Below, in pieces: positions 35,904 through 49,400 of a stretch of DNA of 64,000 nt. The stretch's first letter is position 1. Each line of letters opens with the position of its first letter. This DNA comes from Bugula neritina (taxonomy: Eukaryota > Animalia > Bryozoa). The notes below the pieces were generated by a model. That model searched no databases, was not told where the DNA came from, and worked only from the letters and a program-made list of their open reading frames with translations. The position numbers were made by a program, and so were the translations under genes. The DNA lies in assembly GCA_964035545.1 (NCBI GenBank), contig OZ037767.1, positions 28,536,628 through 28,600,627 of the forward strand. Reading direction: 5' to 3'.

Positions 35904-37981
35904 AGCAGTCGCGTACAAATATGATATGCAAACTGTAACTGTTAACAAAACAGTAATTTTATGATGAAATGAAATGAAAGTACTTGTACTTCAACTTGTA
36001 GTAGCTGTAGTATAAATTGTCATGTGTGAGTCGCCAAATATTGCCAATTTCGCGTTTCCGCTCAAGGGACCTTGACCTGGTGTTATAAAAGAGCAAACAA
36101 CTCCATAATTTTTCCAAGAGAATGCTTGTTTTGTTCTATAATATAATATTATAAATTTGCACTTGGTTTTACATTGAAAATATGCTTCTAAGGTACATGT
36201 GTTTTTCCCCATATTCAAATAAAAACTTAATTAAACAAATTATTTAAATTACATTTCATAAGAATATATTTAAATGCCCTATAAGAAAAGTAGCTTTGAT
36301 TGGTCTATTTGCTAAACCGTTATGTTTTAACCTAAAAAGTACTCACCAATGACGTAATATTATGTTAGACAAATTATTGTTGAAATGTATAATTATACTG
36401 AGTTGTACGTGTCATATACTATCTATATTTTTCATATTAACATTATAAATAATACAAATAAACTAAAAACAGTTATTAAATAACTACAAACTAGCTATAA
36501 AAATGCAATATCTCATCTGCCAGAATAATCAAATATTTCTTAAATGCTATTTTGTTTTTAGACTATATAGATTACAGTTCATATACAATATTTTTGCTTT
36601 TTTTAAGTAGATTAGAATATAATGTATATATACCCTTAGTATATATCCTTAATAGCTGTTAAACGCTGTGCATGTACATTGCCCAAAAAGGCTGCGTTGA
36701 CTACTCATATTTAACAAAGAAAATCTACAATATTTAAATTTCCAATAATTTCAGCTAAACTTCTAGTCTTATGTCTAATCTATGGAGATGCAAAAAAATC
36801 TTAAGAACCTTTTAAATTAGTTTAGTTATAGGCATAATATAATATAAATATATAATATAAATAAAATCAAGTCTTTTGCAAATTACTAAACCAACTTTGC
36901 TCCCTATCCATTCTTTTGAAAATAAAAACTATTAGTAAAATTATCGCGTTGTAACCAAGACTGCATTTGTACATCAGCATTTGAACCAAGCTTTCAGGCT
37001 ATGCTCTCATTTCAAACAGTACTATAGGGCTTAGAGTAACGCTGTAGTTATCACACGTACTCAGTTGCTTTTGGAAAAAATCAGTTGCATGAAAAATAAA
37101 TTAGCAACGCTGGGGTTAAAAAGAAAAATTTTAAAGACTATTTTAAGGAGCATTGGTGATAAACTATGCAAGGCCAAAAATAATTATTGCTCTATCAACT
37201 AGATTCTACCAATATTTATAAACCTTTGTCCTATAAGCAGTTAGCAGTTTAAATATATTTTCTTAAAGGTTATAGCAAGTTCATGCATCAAAGTGGTTTT
37301 TAAATAATAGAGCAAGCAAAGTAATGAAATGCCTGCAATAGTTAAATAGTAAGAATCGGTTACAAAAAAGGGTTTAAGCTACGCGCACTGCAGACAAGCA
37401 AAGTTTTTTTGAACCAATTTTATGATAGTTATAACTCAACATAATGCATTGCTGCAAATAATAAATTTGATTTAGCACGTAGCTCCTACTATAAAAAAAA
37501 ATTTAAAACAAAAGTCCCATAATGAGATTTGACCTGTTGATATTAGGCAGTTAGTTTTTAAGTAAAAATTAATTATAAGATGAAGCACTTAATATTATAT
37601 AAAGTCAATATAAAACTTTAAGACAGCTAAGCCATGGCTTATTGACTAACTATAGGAATTATACATGATTGATGATTGAAAATATATATCTTAGGGTAAA
37701 GATGCAATTTGTTAGTACTTACTTATTAGTTTACTAACAATATATTTACTGCCCTGATATGTATCAATCTCAGCTTTCGGTCTCAAATTAAATATTTTAT
37801 AAAAGTAATCACAGTTTGTGCTCATCAAACAATTGTTTCTAATATGGTTTGCATATATCTAGAAACTTGATTTCATAGCAGCAAATAGTAATACACCAAA
37901 CATTATTTTGGAATCTATAATTATTTGGGTACCTATAATTATGATCTAGAGCAATTGGAAGTTTTGAGTGTACGCCATTGT

Positions 37982-38016
<35 letters not shown>

Positions 38017-38169
38017 TTACTGTTATGAGTTAGCTGTGTATTGTTTTATATATGTTGAATTGCATGAATTTAAGTCTTTAAATTGGTTTTTTCCTTGCAC
38101 CTGCATCAGCACCATGCTAGTTTGTACAAGTTTTACTTAATATTATAGAGTTGTGTTTCCATAAGTATA

Positions 38170-38560
38170 CGGTTACCGACCAATAATTTTAAAGTTTTAT
38201 CCCGCGTCCTGACGTCAAGTTACTGGGAACGCTAGACGGTGCGCAAAAAAATATTGCTAATCTTTTCGAACATATTTGTGATCATTCCAGGCATACTTTG
38301 ACTACAACTTTCTTTATCAGCCATGTGGTTGCACTTTTAGTGTATCTCAGATGTAACTACGGATTTTTGCTGTGGTAAGTTCTGCAACATAAGCATTACT
38401 ATTTAGAACGAACACAATTAATACTGCATATTTTGTAGCATTATCCCTCGCTGACCTTACAATTTCAAACATGGCTGGCATAACTGAAATTCTTGAGGAA
38501 AGCCTTTTTCGCTTCCGCATTGACATGGCGTTTAATCAATATTCCCTGTGGGAATTAGTT
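38170..38560 (+). promoter_or_regulatory. Candidate promoter / first non-coding exon of TEAD
   Basis: Local CpG enrichment, CCAAT (38180), perfect CRE TGACGTCA (38210-38217), strong donor TG|GTAAGT at 38375 and YY1-like ACATGGCG (38523-38530). The TEAD ATG exon begins with an acceptor, so an upstream exon is expected. Confidence 0.35.
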
Positions 38561-39900
38561 GTGGAAATCAAAATCACTCACAAACGCTCTTTTTTACGCC
38601 AGTCTGCAATGATTTTAAAATAAAATTTGTTATAATTAATTTTGTATTACTACTACCACAACTACTAAACCTAGTACTAGTGAGTCGCTAAAACTGAAAG
38701 TAAAAGTAAATATTATAAATATCATCAATATAAATATTAATATAGTTATAATTATAATAATAATATTAATATAATAGTAAATACTGATGCTGATAGTTTA
38801 GTATTGTATTCAATATTCATATTGACATCATAATTGGCAATACTAAATCTAATACTAATAGTAATACTAATTTACTAATACTAATAGTAACAGTCACAAC
38901 ACAGATACTTTACTACTTGCTCATGTTGATGCTTATTCTGATCCTCATGGTGGTGGTAATCAAAATCGTAATGTTCATTTACCGTTTAGTAACTCTTAAT
39001 CTATAAGTTATTCAATTAAAATTGAAGGTTTAGGTAATAAAAAAACTTTCTTCCATCAAAGTTAAATGGAGTCAGAATTAGAATATAATAAATTGAATTT
39101 AAAATAAAAATGTAAATATTCAAAATTCATAACAACTTCAGATATTGAGTGTGATCTTTATCAATGTTACTTATCCAGTAATTGGTTTTACATTGATTTC
39201 GAAGCAACTGGTTTCTTTTAGTCATTTTTATTCCAAATAAAACTGCAATTTGTACTGCAAATAGGTGTAGTCACATTTTGCTTTCTAAATCTATTACTGT
39301 AACTTACACCCAGTCTTACTAATACTATTAGTATTGGTCTGAGTCTTGTATTTGCAGTTTTTTCCTAAATGCTCCTCTCACTCAAATTTGACTTAATTAC
39401 TATTTGGTATCAGTATGATATGTTGGTGTGAAGATTAAGCTCATGCTGATAGTAGTATTGATAGCACAGCTCAGTAAGGACAGATATTATTATCAGTTTA
39501 GTGATTTTGTGGACATTCAGTTTTGTAATTACTTATAAGCTAGTCTACAGGGTTATACCATTTATCAGTTACCTTAATGTAAAGCTGTAGTTATTATATT
39601 TATCCTATCTGTTACCATTTAAAGGAAGTTTTTAGTTGCATAATATATTTTTAATTCATGATTCATAATTACTGTATTGAGATACTACCACTCAATGTTC
39701 TCTCCTTTAGCCCTCCTTTAGCCACAACATTACTCAGTTACTGTTATGATATTTTTAATTGGTGTGAAAACAGTATTGAAGCTGGTACTATATCTCTCTT
39801 ACTTGAATTTAATAGTTGAACTATATTATGAAAAACAATTGCATTTTTAAATAAATAAAATTTGACATTGCAATTGATCTACTATTTACCATGAGTCTCT

Positions 39901-40118
39901 CATTATGTACAATGTCTTTATTGAGGGGGAAAGGAGGGTCACACATATCCTGTACAATGTCTTTATTGAGGGGGAAGGGAGGGTCACACATTCTGTACAA
40001 TGTTTTTATTGAGGGGGAAAGGAGGGTCACACACATCCTGTACAATGTCTTTATTTAGGGGGAAAGGAGGGTCACACACATTATGTACAATGTCTCTATT
40101 GAGGGGGAAAGGAGGGTT
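39901..40118. repeat. ~45-bp minisatellite, ~5 copies
   Basis: tgtacaatgtctttattgagggggaaaggagggtcacaca at 39906, 39951, 39994, 40039, 40084. Confidence 0.9.
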
Positions 40119-41864
40119 GAATTATGGATGCCAGTCATTAGTAAAAGTGGTATTGCTTTTATGGTTTTAAAGAAAATAAGGAATAAGTTGATTGAAATCT
40201 GGTTTTCACAAGATTTTTTCTCAAATTGAGAAACAGTTGCATTACATACAAACTGGTGATGTTGGCTGCTGAGTCATTTTTACTGCCAGAATAGTTCGCA
40301 TAAAATTTATTAATAAAGGTTTATTGAAATTATTATGTTAGAGAAGTAAATGGTTTGCTAATGATAATAGTTTATTACTTTGTACTTTTTATGTAAATAC
40401 TATGATAGTGGTTTATTATTTTGCATTGTAATATTCTATTATGATGGCAAATTCAGCTAACAGAAAAATAATTTTTGCTGCTTTTAATTTGCAAAATGGA
40501 ATATATTATTTTCAAAACAGGCTATTTTTGAATTGTTTTATTGGTACACGGCTATTATTTATGATTGTAAAAATATTACGTGAAGTCCTAAACGGAAAAA
40601 TGAAAATTCAATGCTATAGAGTTTTTAGAGCTAGAATATGGCGATTGTGCCTCACTTGCTATCTAAAACTAGCTTGATAGTTCCAGATATGAACTTATTT
40701 TGGCTAAGGTCATATTAGAGAGGTGAATGATAAATGAGATATAGAAGTTAGGTGTGGTATTATCCCAATCCCCTACACTTATAGCATGCGTATAATATCC
40801 CTCTAATCTAAGCTGATCGTTTAGCAAGTACCCTGGTTCTTACTATCTCCTGCCAAACTAGTCTACAAATTTTCTTTACTCAAATGCAGGAAAGTTGACC
40901 TATTAGTTTATCGCTGGGAGCTATAAAAAGACGGGAGGCTCCTTTTTGTTATTGTTAGCTGAATCTATACAAAAACAGGTTTCATTATGATATACGAGCT
41001 GTCATTGCAACCACAATCTTTAATCATAAGCTCAGATGTAAAATAGATTTGTCATCGTTGGCAATACTGAAAGCTAAACATGTCAACTTGGATCGGTTTT
41101 ACTAACTGCTATCAACTACCTAGCTGCTATCTCAGATGATAGGATGCTGGTTGGATAAAGTCACGATTGCCAATCCAGTATCCAAAAATAACCACCAAGC
41201 CATAAATTGTTCGCAGATCTAGTGGTATGAGACCATTAGGACTTTAGATCAGGTTATTCTGGCATCTTAGAAGTTGAATGTTGACTTTCAGACAGGCAAT
41301 TGCTCACCGAGCAAAGCTCTGCACCCTACCACGGGGATTTAGGCCTTACCTGTGTGTAGTAACACCAGTGGCTCTATGTGTTATGCAAATTCGATGATAC
41401 AATCTTGGTACACATGTTTTAAACTTCCTGTTAATAACAGCAAATTAACTGCAGCAGCCCCACCAAAGCCGTTAGTAAGCTCAACTAAAACTAGCTGCAA
41501 GAGCTGTATTGTTCACTTCGCAGTAATTGTAATTTCTCTTCAAACTGTGTTTTAGGCGAACTAGAGTTACAGTGTTGCTGATTGGTGCTAAGATTGGCCA
41601 GAACTTAGAGCAAATGGTGCTACAGCGCAGTCTACTGGACACCTGAATGCAATAAAACTAAACTGGTGTATCCTGCTGCCGGGAGAAGAGGGTTGAACTG
41701 CTGACTTACTTCTATATAGAGCCAAGTTATATTCTATTGGAGAGAACTGCCAGTATGTGTGAATTGTAGACCAAATTACTAGTTGATAGCTGATATACCC
41801 AGAATTGCTTACTATCATCTGGGGGAGGGGGTTGTAAGTTTCCAAGCTGAACTCAGTCTATGGT

Positions 41865-42006
41865 GGGGCAGGCTAGGGTAAGATAAGGTAGGTTAGGGTA
41901 AGGTAGCAAGACAGGGTAAGGTAGAGTAGGCTAAGGTAAGGTAGGTTAGAATAAGGTAGGTTAGGGTAGGGTAAGATAAGGTAGGGTAAGCTAGGATAAG
42001 GTAGGG
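41865..42006. repeat. Degenerate pentamer repeat (TAGGG/TAAGG/TTAGG)n
   Basis: 5-bp period read directly. Confidence 0.8.
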
Positions 42007-45000
42007 AACTGCTACTGGCGATAAGTAGGTTAATTTAATGCAGTTGTTTATTGCGGAATCAGTTGTTTCAGATAAATGCTATTTGAATCACCAGTGTGAT
42101 ATGGTAACTTTATGCAGTGTATAAATTTACCGGACCCTCGGTTGGTGTGTTGGTTTTTGTGTGAATGCAGATTAGAATATTCTAGTGGAATGTGAAAGGC
42201 AGAGGAGCCGAGTGTATTTTGTTGGGGTTATGAAACTTAGGTATACAGTGTTCGCATCAAAACATTTCCAATGCATTGCAAAGTCTGACAAGGCAGCTTA
42301 TTATGACTTGGATAGTAGAGATTAGTGTTGTGGCATTGCGATGTTGAATTACTTGTTTGACTTTGCTGGCTGCTACTAGCTAGCTGCAGTGTGTAACTTG
42401 ACTTTTTGTACCTCACGTATTGTTTCAGCAGTTTTGTTTATGAAAGCACCATAATACCTGGGTGTTTATTCTTCTAGCTCTAGCCTCAGGGTCAGTTTAT
42501 TCTTTTAGCCTCAGGGTCACCAAACAGAGCCTCGTTTTACTTGAAAACTGCAGCTGCTGAAAGTTTGGCTGGAATCGGTTCAGTCAATTGCTGCTAATTC
42601 CTGTTTGAGCCATCAGCTTGTTTACCTGCAGGATACCTGCTACAGGTGTCACAGTCAGCCATACACTTTCTCTCCTGCCTTCTCTTCAGCAGCCTGTCAC
42701 CATCTTGACTTTGGCCTAATTGTCTTTTAATAGTTATGGCCATGTAATAGGCTTGGTATTAGAATGTGTTTGCGGTACACAATGGTGGCTCTACATCATA
42801 TGATGTGCATTGCATGTCAGAGGATGCTGTAAATAATGACTTGTTGATATGATTTCTTGAGCTCTTTACTTCCATCATAAGTAAATATACAGATTGTAAT
42901 TATTATACAAGCTGCAAGGTGATTATTCACTTGAATAGGCATCATAGATGGGTTGCCTTGGTTTTTAAATTAGTGTTTACCTGCCTCCTCAGATGAAGGT
43001 CTGTCTCCATGGTTACCATTTCAAATGTTTGCTATTCCCTGAATCCGATGACACGATGTGCTGTTGATGGCTCTGTTGGAAGATGGATATGCAGTGTTTC
43101 CATGTTGTGTTCAAAACTCACTGGTGACTGACTGTCTAAAGATATGCCGGCAAACCAGTTCTTTTGTTCCCGAAATTTAAGCCCCCATCTTACCAAGTTA
43201 CTAACTGCTATGACCCGGTACAATATGATGTATAGCTTTATTAGAATATTTGTTTACTCTCGTTGCATTTATAACAAAAATTAGCACAGTTTACAGGGAA
43301 GTTTTAAGGAAAAGTATAAATATTTTGACTTTATTAAGTATGAGGTGTGAAAGTGTGTACAGCTAGAGGTGAGAAGTTTGCTAATAGTGTGGGGTAGTTT
43401 ATGGCGTAGGTCTGTGAATTTCTCACAAAGATTTGCTTTTAATTTACTATCCAGTGATGTGCTTCTAAGAATAGAGCAACAGGTAGACTAGCAGTTGTGG
43501 TAGAATGTTATTACTTGCAATATCAAGTAGGTTAGGTGGCTCTTCTTGTTATTGCCAGTTTATACCTTCTGTGTAATATTAGACAAAATATGGTGGTACC
43601 ATGATTTCTCTATGCGGTGGAATAACACGTATATTCTTTGATCACACCTAACCTTAGTAACTACTGCTGTGCTCTGAGCAATATAGCTCCTGTATATCCC
43701 TGCCAGTGCCCATCTAACTCTTTCCATTCCAAGCAACCGCATTGCGTAACCTTTCTTTTGACACCGAATGCAATTGTTTAACAGTTCTAGTGATGCTTGT
43801 TGAACACAAGTCTCAACTCATCTCTTTTGGCCTCCCTAACTGTGTATGTTTGGTGGGAGAGTTTTAGTTCCGTGATGTATTTAGTTCATCTGCTCTATTT
43901 CATATATTATCCTGTATTCAGTTTATTTAGATGTCACTGTCTATCAGTACTGGTTATTAATCGTATCCCACGACCACACGCTGGTTAAATAGTGGTTTAT
44001 CCATCTTTATAATTATGCAGCCGGGTCTTCGAGAAACTGGTGTTTAGTCATCTGTGCCTTGTCTACTCTCCCAGGCTCCAAATCTGAAGTTGTCCGCCTT
44101 TATTCCCACAATCCTTCAGCAAATCATTGGCAGAGTGCAGTGATTTGGGCAGCTCAGTGTTCAATATCATCTAATATTTGTTTATGATGGCACATGTTAT
44201 CTTTTCTTATAAAGAGCTAATATTTTCTCTATAATAGAAGTATCTTAGCTTCTAAATCAGCCTCTCCCGATAGAAATAATGAAAATATTTTGAGTTGAGG
44301 ATAAATTCTGAGTGATAATATTGATGTAGGTTGCTTGTGGCAGGCTATTAAATATTAATATTGGCATTATATTGTAATACGGTATGTTTTCTTCTTTCTA
44401 CTAGGGTATTGCTTATTGATACTGGACTATTATTCCTTCATTACAATTGAAACACGTGGCGACAACTCCCTGCTATTATATGGCTTTTTCTAGAAATTAT
44501 TAATTCCTGAAGTTTAGTCATGCAGTGTTGTGGGTATTAAGTTATAAAATGTGCTTATTCCTTGGATTTTGATTGTGATGGCAAGCATTATTACAGCTTT
44601 AGTTTCACTGGAATTTTAATACTCAGCATTGCTGGGTTAAATTCATTCTATTTACAAGATTTATTCATTCAGCTTCTAGCATGGGTTGCAAGTGGTGTTT
44701 TTAGTTTTGGTAAATTGAAGGTTTTGCAATAAAACCTGGTATTATTTACACTTTCCCATGAATTTACCTAGAATCATTATGTAATCGCCCATTCATTCAA
44801 AGCATGTGCTGTGGAAAACATGTAGTTCCGTGGATTGGTAAAGTTTTCTTAGAAATATATCAAAAAAATTTTAAGATGTTGTTGGAAGTTTACGAAAAAG
44901 ATTATCTGCCACTCTTCCAGGTACTTGTACATAACAGGTGAGGGGATAAAAAGTAGAGGTGGACCGATATTTGTGTCATACATTGTGTTATGGTGGTGGA

Positions 45001-46421
45001 ACTGACTTTGTATTTCTTTCTTTCAGTGATGCACTTTTCTTTCTTTCTTTAGTAATCTAGAATAAGTAGTGAGTCAGCTAACTGTAATTGCCTCACAATT
45101 TCTGAGTTTAATGGTTTAAAATGGGTTTTGTTGACTTTTCATCACGACTGAATCATTGGATTTGGCTAATTTATTCACAGGCTATTCAAATGGCTTTCAT
45201 CACACTGAGTAATTCAACTGAAGATTTTATGTAACCAATTAAATGGCCATTCTTTGTGATGTTGTCACGTTCAGATAGATTCTCCTAAGTTACTGCAGAT
45301 GTGTTGGTACAGATTTTAGTCATCTGTTGTGTACTTCTACAATGCAACATAAATCACCTATGCTAGTTAGTAGTTTTCTAGTGGTGGTTTGTGGTTACGA
45401 CTCCTGTAACCTCCTTTGAAGTCAGAGTTGGGTGACTGACCAGGATGCACTGCAGCTGTAAGCCATACTTGCTTCTACACTTCAACACTACTTGGGTGAA
45501 GGTCAAGATTGCCAGACCCACAAAGTTGGAAAACTTTCATCTCAGCTGTCAGAGGAAATGGCGAAGATCTCTGAGTCTGTAGCTCCAATCTGCCTATTTT
45601 CTTAATTACCGCGTGAAGTTTTCTATCACAATAACTTGATGGAAAGTGATAATTCTAGTGTTTTGTTCTCAACTATGTGTGAGTTTCTGTTGGCAATGGT
45701 GAACGCTGTGTGTGTAAATACCAAGTATTAAAGTTGATATTACCTTATTTATATATCCTCAGTCAGATTGCTCTATTAAAGTATCATGTAAGGTGCACAT
45801 GCTTATATGTACTGATAGACTGACTAAAAATAGTTTTAGTACCACAATAGTAGCCCAGTGAGCAAAAGCAAGGTAATAATTTTAAGTTAGTTATATAGTT
45901 GAAGTTTAAATAATTATAGCAGATATATAAAATTAATATTTTAATAGAGTGCTCAATTTTAGAAATTTTATTTTTCAACCAAGAACACAGTGTATTGCAT
46001 TAAAGGATGGGGATTTTTAATTTGCTATCATGTTGAATTTATTTTTATTATATTTTGATGAAATAAACTGATGAGGCTACCCATAGTCTTACAGAGCTGT
46101 GTTAGACTGGAATACTTCACTTGACTTACTCTCATTTGTGACTCAAAAATTGCATTCAAAGATATGGCAATTTTTATAGCAAATACTAATTACTAGCTTT
46201 TCACTGACTGACTTGTAACAACAATGGTTGTGTTTAGATGCCCATTGTTGCCCTGTTTAGTATACATATTGATTAGGTGAATTCATCATAACTCAAATCA
46301 TTTATTTACATCTCATTGTGTGACACACAAACTACTTCACTCTTGTCACTCGTCTAACATAGTCAAGTTTTTCCATCACTCCAGCAAGTTGTTTTTCTCT
46401 GACCAACTTTAGAGGTACAGA

Positions 46422-49400
46422 ATGTCTGAGGCTGCTCCGTGGGTCAACGGTGTTGGCAACACCGCAGCAGAGTCTATTCCCAGCGTCAGCGGCATGAGTA
46501 ATGGTTCCAAAGAAGACGATGACTTGGAGGATGATGGATCTAATGATGCGGAGGGAGTGTGGTCTCCAGAGATTGAGCAGAGTTTCCACGAAGCCCTGGC
46601 CATCTACCCTCCGTGTGGTAGAAGGAAGATCATCTTGTCGGATGAGGGGAAGATGTATGGTAAGTTTAGAGATACATGACTCCTATGCACACTTGATAGC
46701 AGATGTAGATTTAATCCCTGATAAAACAGATTATCTGAAAAATGCTCCTCACTAACAGCTGTTGGCTGTAGTTTTTGAAGTTTCCAATTTGGTAGACATC
46801 CGGCAACTGTGGTTGTGCAGGAGCTATCACCCTTCAAAAAGTGCTCAAGTATTGCATTTGTTTTGCATAAAAACTGATAGAAATTAACTTTTCTCTTACT
46901 TTATGGTAAAGGAAGATGAGACGTGTCTCGTTTTATTCAAAGTGTATACCTATTATTCTTTACTCAATACCGAAGTTAGCTACTTTTACATGTACCAGCA
47001 ATTCGACTTTAGGCCTACTAATGTTATAGTCATTATTATTAATAAATTGAATAGACTGCATACTGCACCAATGTACACATATATGTATCATTATATCCAT
47101 AATATTATTATATATAAAGATAGCCTCTACAGATGTGTTGTGCATGTATTTGGGTGTATATGCTGGCTGTAAGGGGGGGGGGGGGTATATATATGCATGT
47201 GCATGTCGTGTGCATTGGTATATGCCATGTACTTGGTACACCTCAATATATTGAGTGTCCGTATATTTGCCATATATTGCACTGGGGAAAAATGTCATAT
47301 TCCACATTCTCCAACTGCTTGTAGTGAATAGCATACTCGGGTGTTAAGCCAGTAATGCTTGCAACTTCTGGTATTGTGGTTATTTGCTAATTCATCACAT
47401 TCTAGATTCTTCAAATTTCCTTCTTTAAATTTTAGCCATAATGTTTTGCCGGGTATTGTTGGAGCCTTTCTCTTACTGGCTACTTGTAGTTTTTGTTGAG
47501 TAAATAATTGTATCATAACATACTTTGCATGTCTCAAAGTCAAGCCATTGTTGAGATTCTAAAAAGTCTTCGCAGCTTGAAGGTTATTTAGTTGATTATT
47601 GCTGGCTTGCTAATATTCAAAATAATGGAATGCGTCTTCATTTATTTACATTTTTTCTCCCTGTGGAATTTAAAAGTAATTAGCTTTATGCCTCAAGTTG
47701 ACTGCTTGTTCAATCACTGTCCCACAAAGTTACACCAGCTGAAGAGTTGGCAATGCAGATTTCTGTCCCGAGAATAACTAGCAAAGGAAGATTTGGAGTT
47801 TAGACCAACTCTGTACTTATATTGTATGCTAGACAGGGAATCACAACTCCATATTTAATGTTTCATAAACCATTTCTAATTTAGTTGATAATTTATATAC
47901 TAATTTAACCATGTCTGTATTTTTATTTTTTATTTGTTTTATTTATATATATTTATTTATATTATATTTACTAATACTTGCTGTACTTACTAAGTATCGG
48001 TAAATATGAAAGTGAAGTTGTTTTTGTTGGTGATATAAATTGGATGAGATTCCTCTAAATAAATACCTGCCGTGTTTTACATTTTCAGGACATTTTTTCT
48101 GTCAAACAAACATGCCATATAGTATGAATTATGTTTATTTTTAGATTGTAATCATTTTTGACAAATGAAATCCAATTTATTGATTCTTTTATGATGAGTT
48201 GTCATTGAGATTGGAAACAAATAGTTTGCCTTACATTGTTACCTGTATTGTGTTGAAGGGAAAGCTAATTACACCTTTATATTCAAAATCTTTTTGTTAT
48301 GTAACAGTTTATTGATCATCTATTGTTATATCTCATCTAATGAGCTGATTTCTGGTTTTAATGACCATCGGAATGCAATAAAAGTATTGAACTAGTATCT
48401 GATTTGTATTCAATCTGTCTATTTATGAGCTCCTGGGTCTCCAAGTCCCCTAATTATACATTGATTATCAATAGTCATTAAAGTCAGCCTATCTGCTTGT
48501 TTTTGCATGCTTTGTTACTCTGTTTGTGCTTCACACCCTGGAAAACAATAGCTTTTTATTTTGTTGCAGTTCCCAGTAGCTATTTATTAAGTACTCATAG
48601 AGTTATCTTCTCTCTATTGTTTATACAGATGCATGCACTAAACTTGTGACTGTTGCAGGGCGAAATGAACTGATTGCTAGATACATTAAACTTAGGACAG
48701 GCAAGACCAGATCTCGGAAACAGGTGAGCAGCCATATCCAAGTGCTGGCTCGGAGGAAGACCAAAGATATCCAAGGTCAACTGAAAACTGTGCCTGGTGT
48801 AAGCTTCAACTACTCTTTACTATATCTGAGACCAGCTGGCTTTTGCTGCACTCTCACTTCTTCCGGCTGCTTCTGTTCCTTTACCATTTCTATGTTGTTA
48901 TTGGTTATTTGCTGCTTGAACTGGGAACCATTTAACTGCTAACCAATTGCATGCATGCTCTTCTACTAAATTAATTTGCTTTCAAAACTAACAACGTATT
49001 TTGTAAAACTGAATATTCCACCACAGTTTTGCTAGTTGTGGAATTTTCATATTTTGCTCTTTCCTAATCAAATGCTTCACTTTGATGGACTGAAATTGTC
49101 AAAGCACTGGATTGTGTGGGTAGTTGCCTTTCCTTCAGTGTGTTGCATGTAACCTTCACTAATGCAGTAGAATAGACAAGTGTGTAGCTTGCTTGAGCTA
49201 GGAGTAGGCTATTTCTAGAATATAGTAGTTGTGTTCTCCTCTTTAGCTTCGCTGCTTACTCAGACACTGAACTGATGTGAGTTTTATGTGGATTTCTGCT
49301 TTAAATTTTCTGGATGCTTTTTGTCTTAACTGCTTCCGTTATTTTAACATGATGTCTGCACATTGCTCTCTGTTACTGCACATTGCTATTTGTTGCTGCG

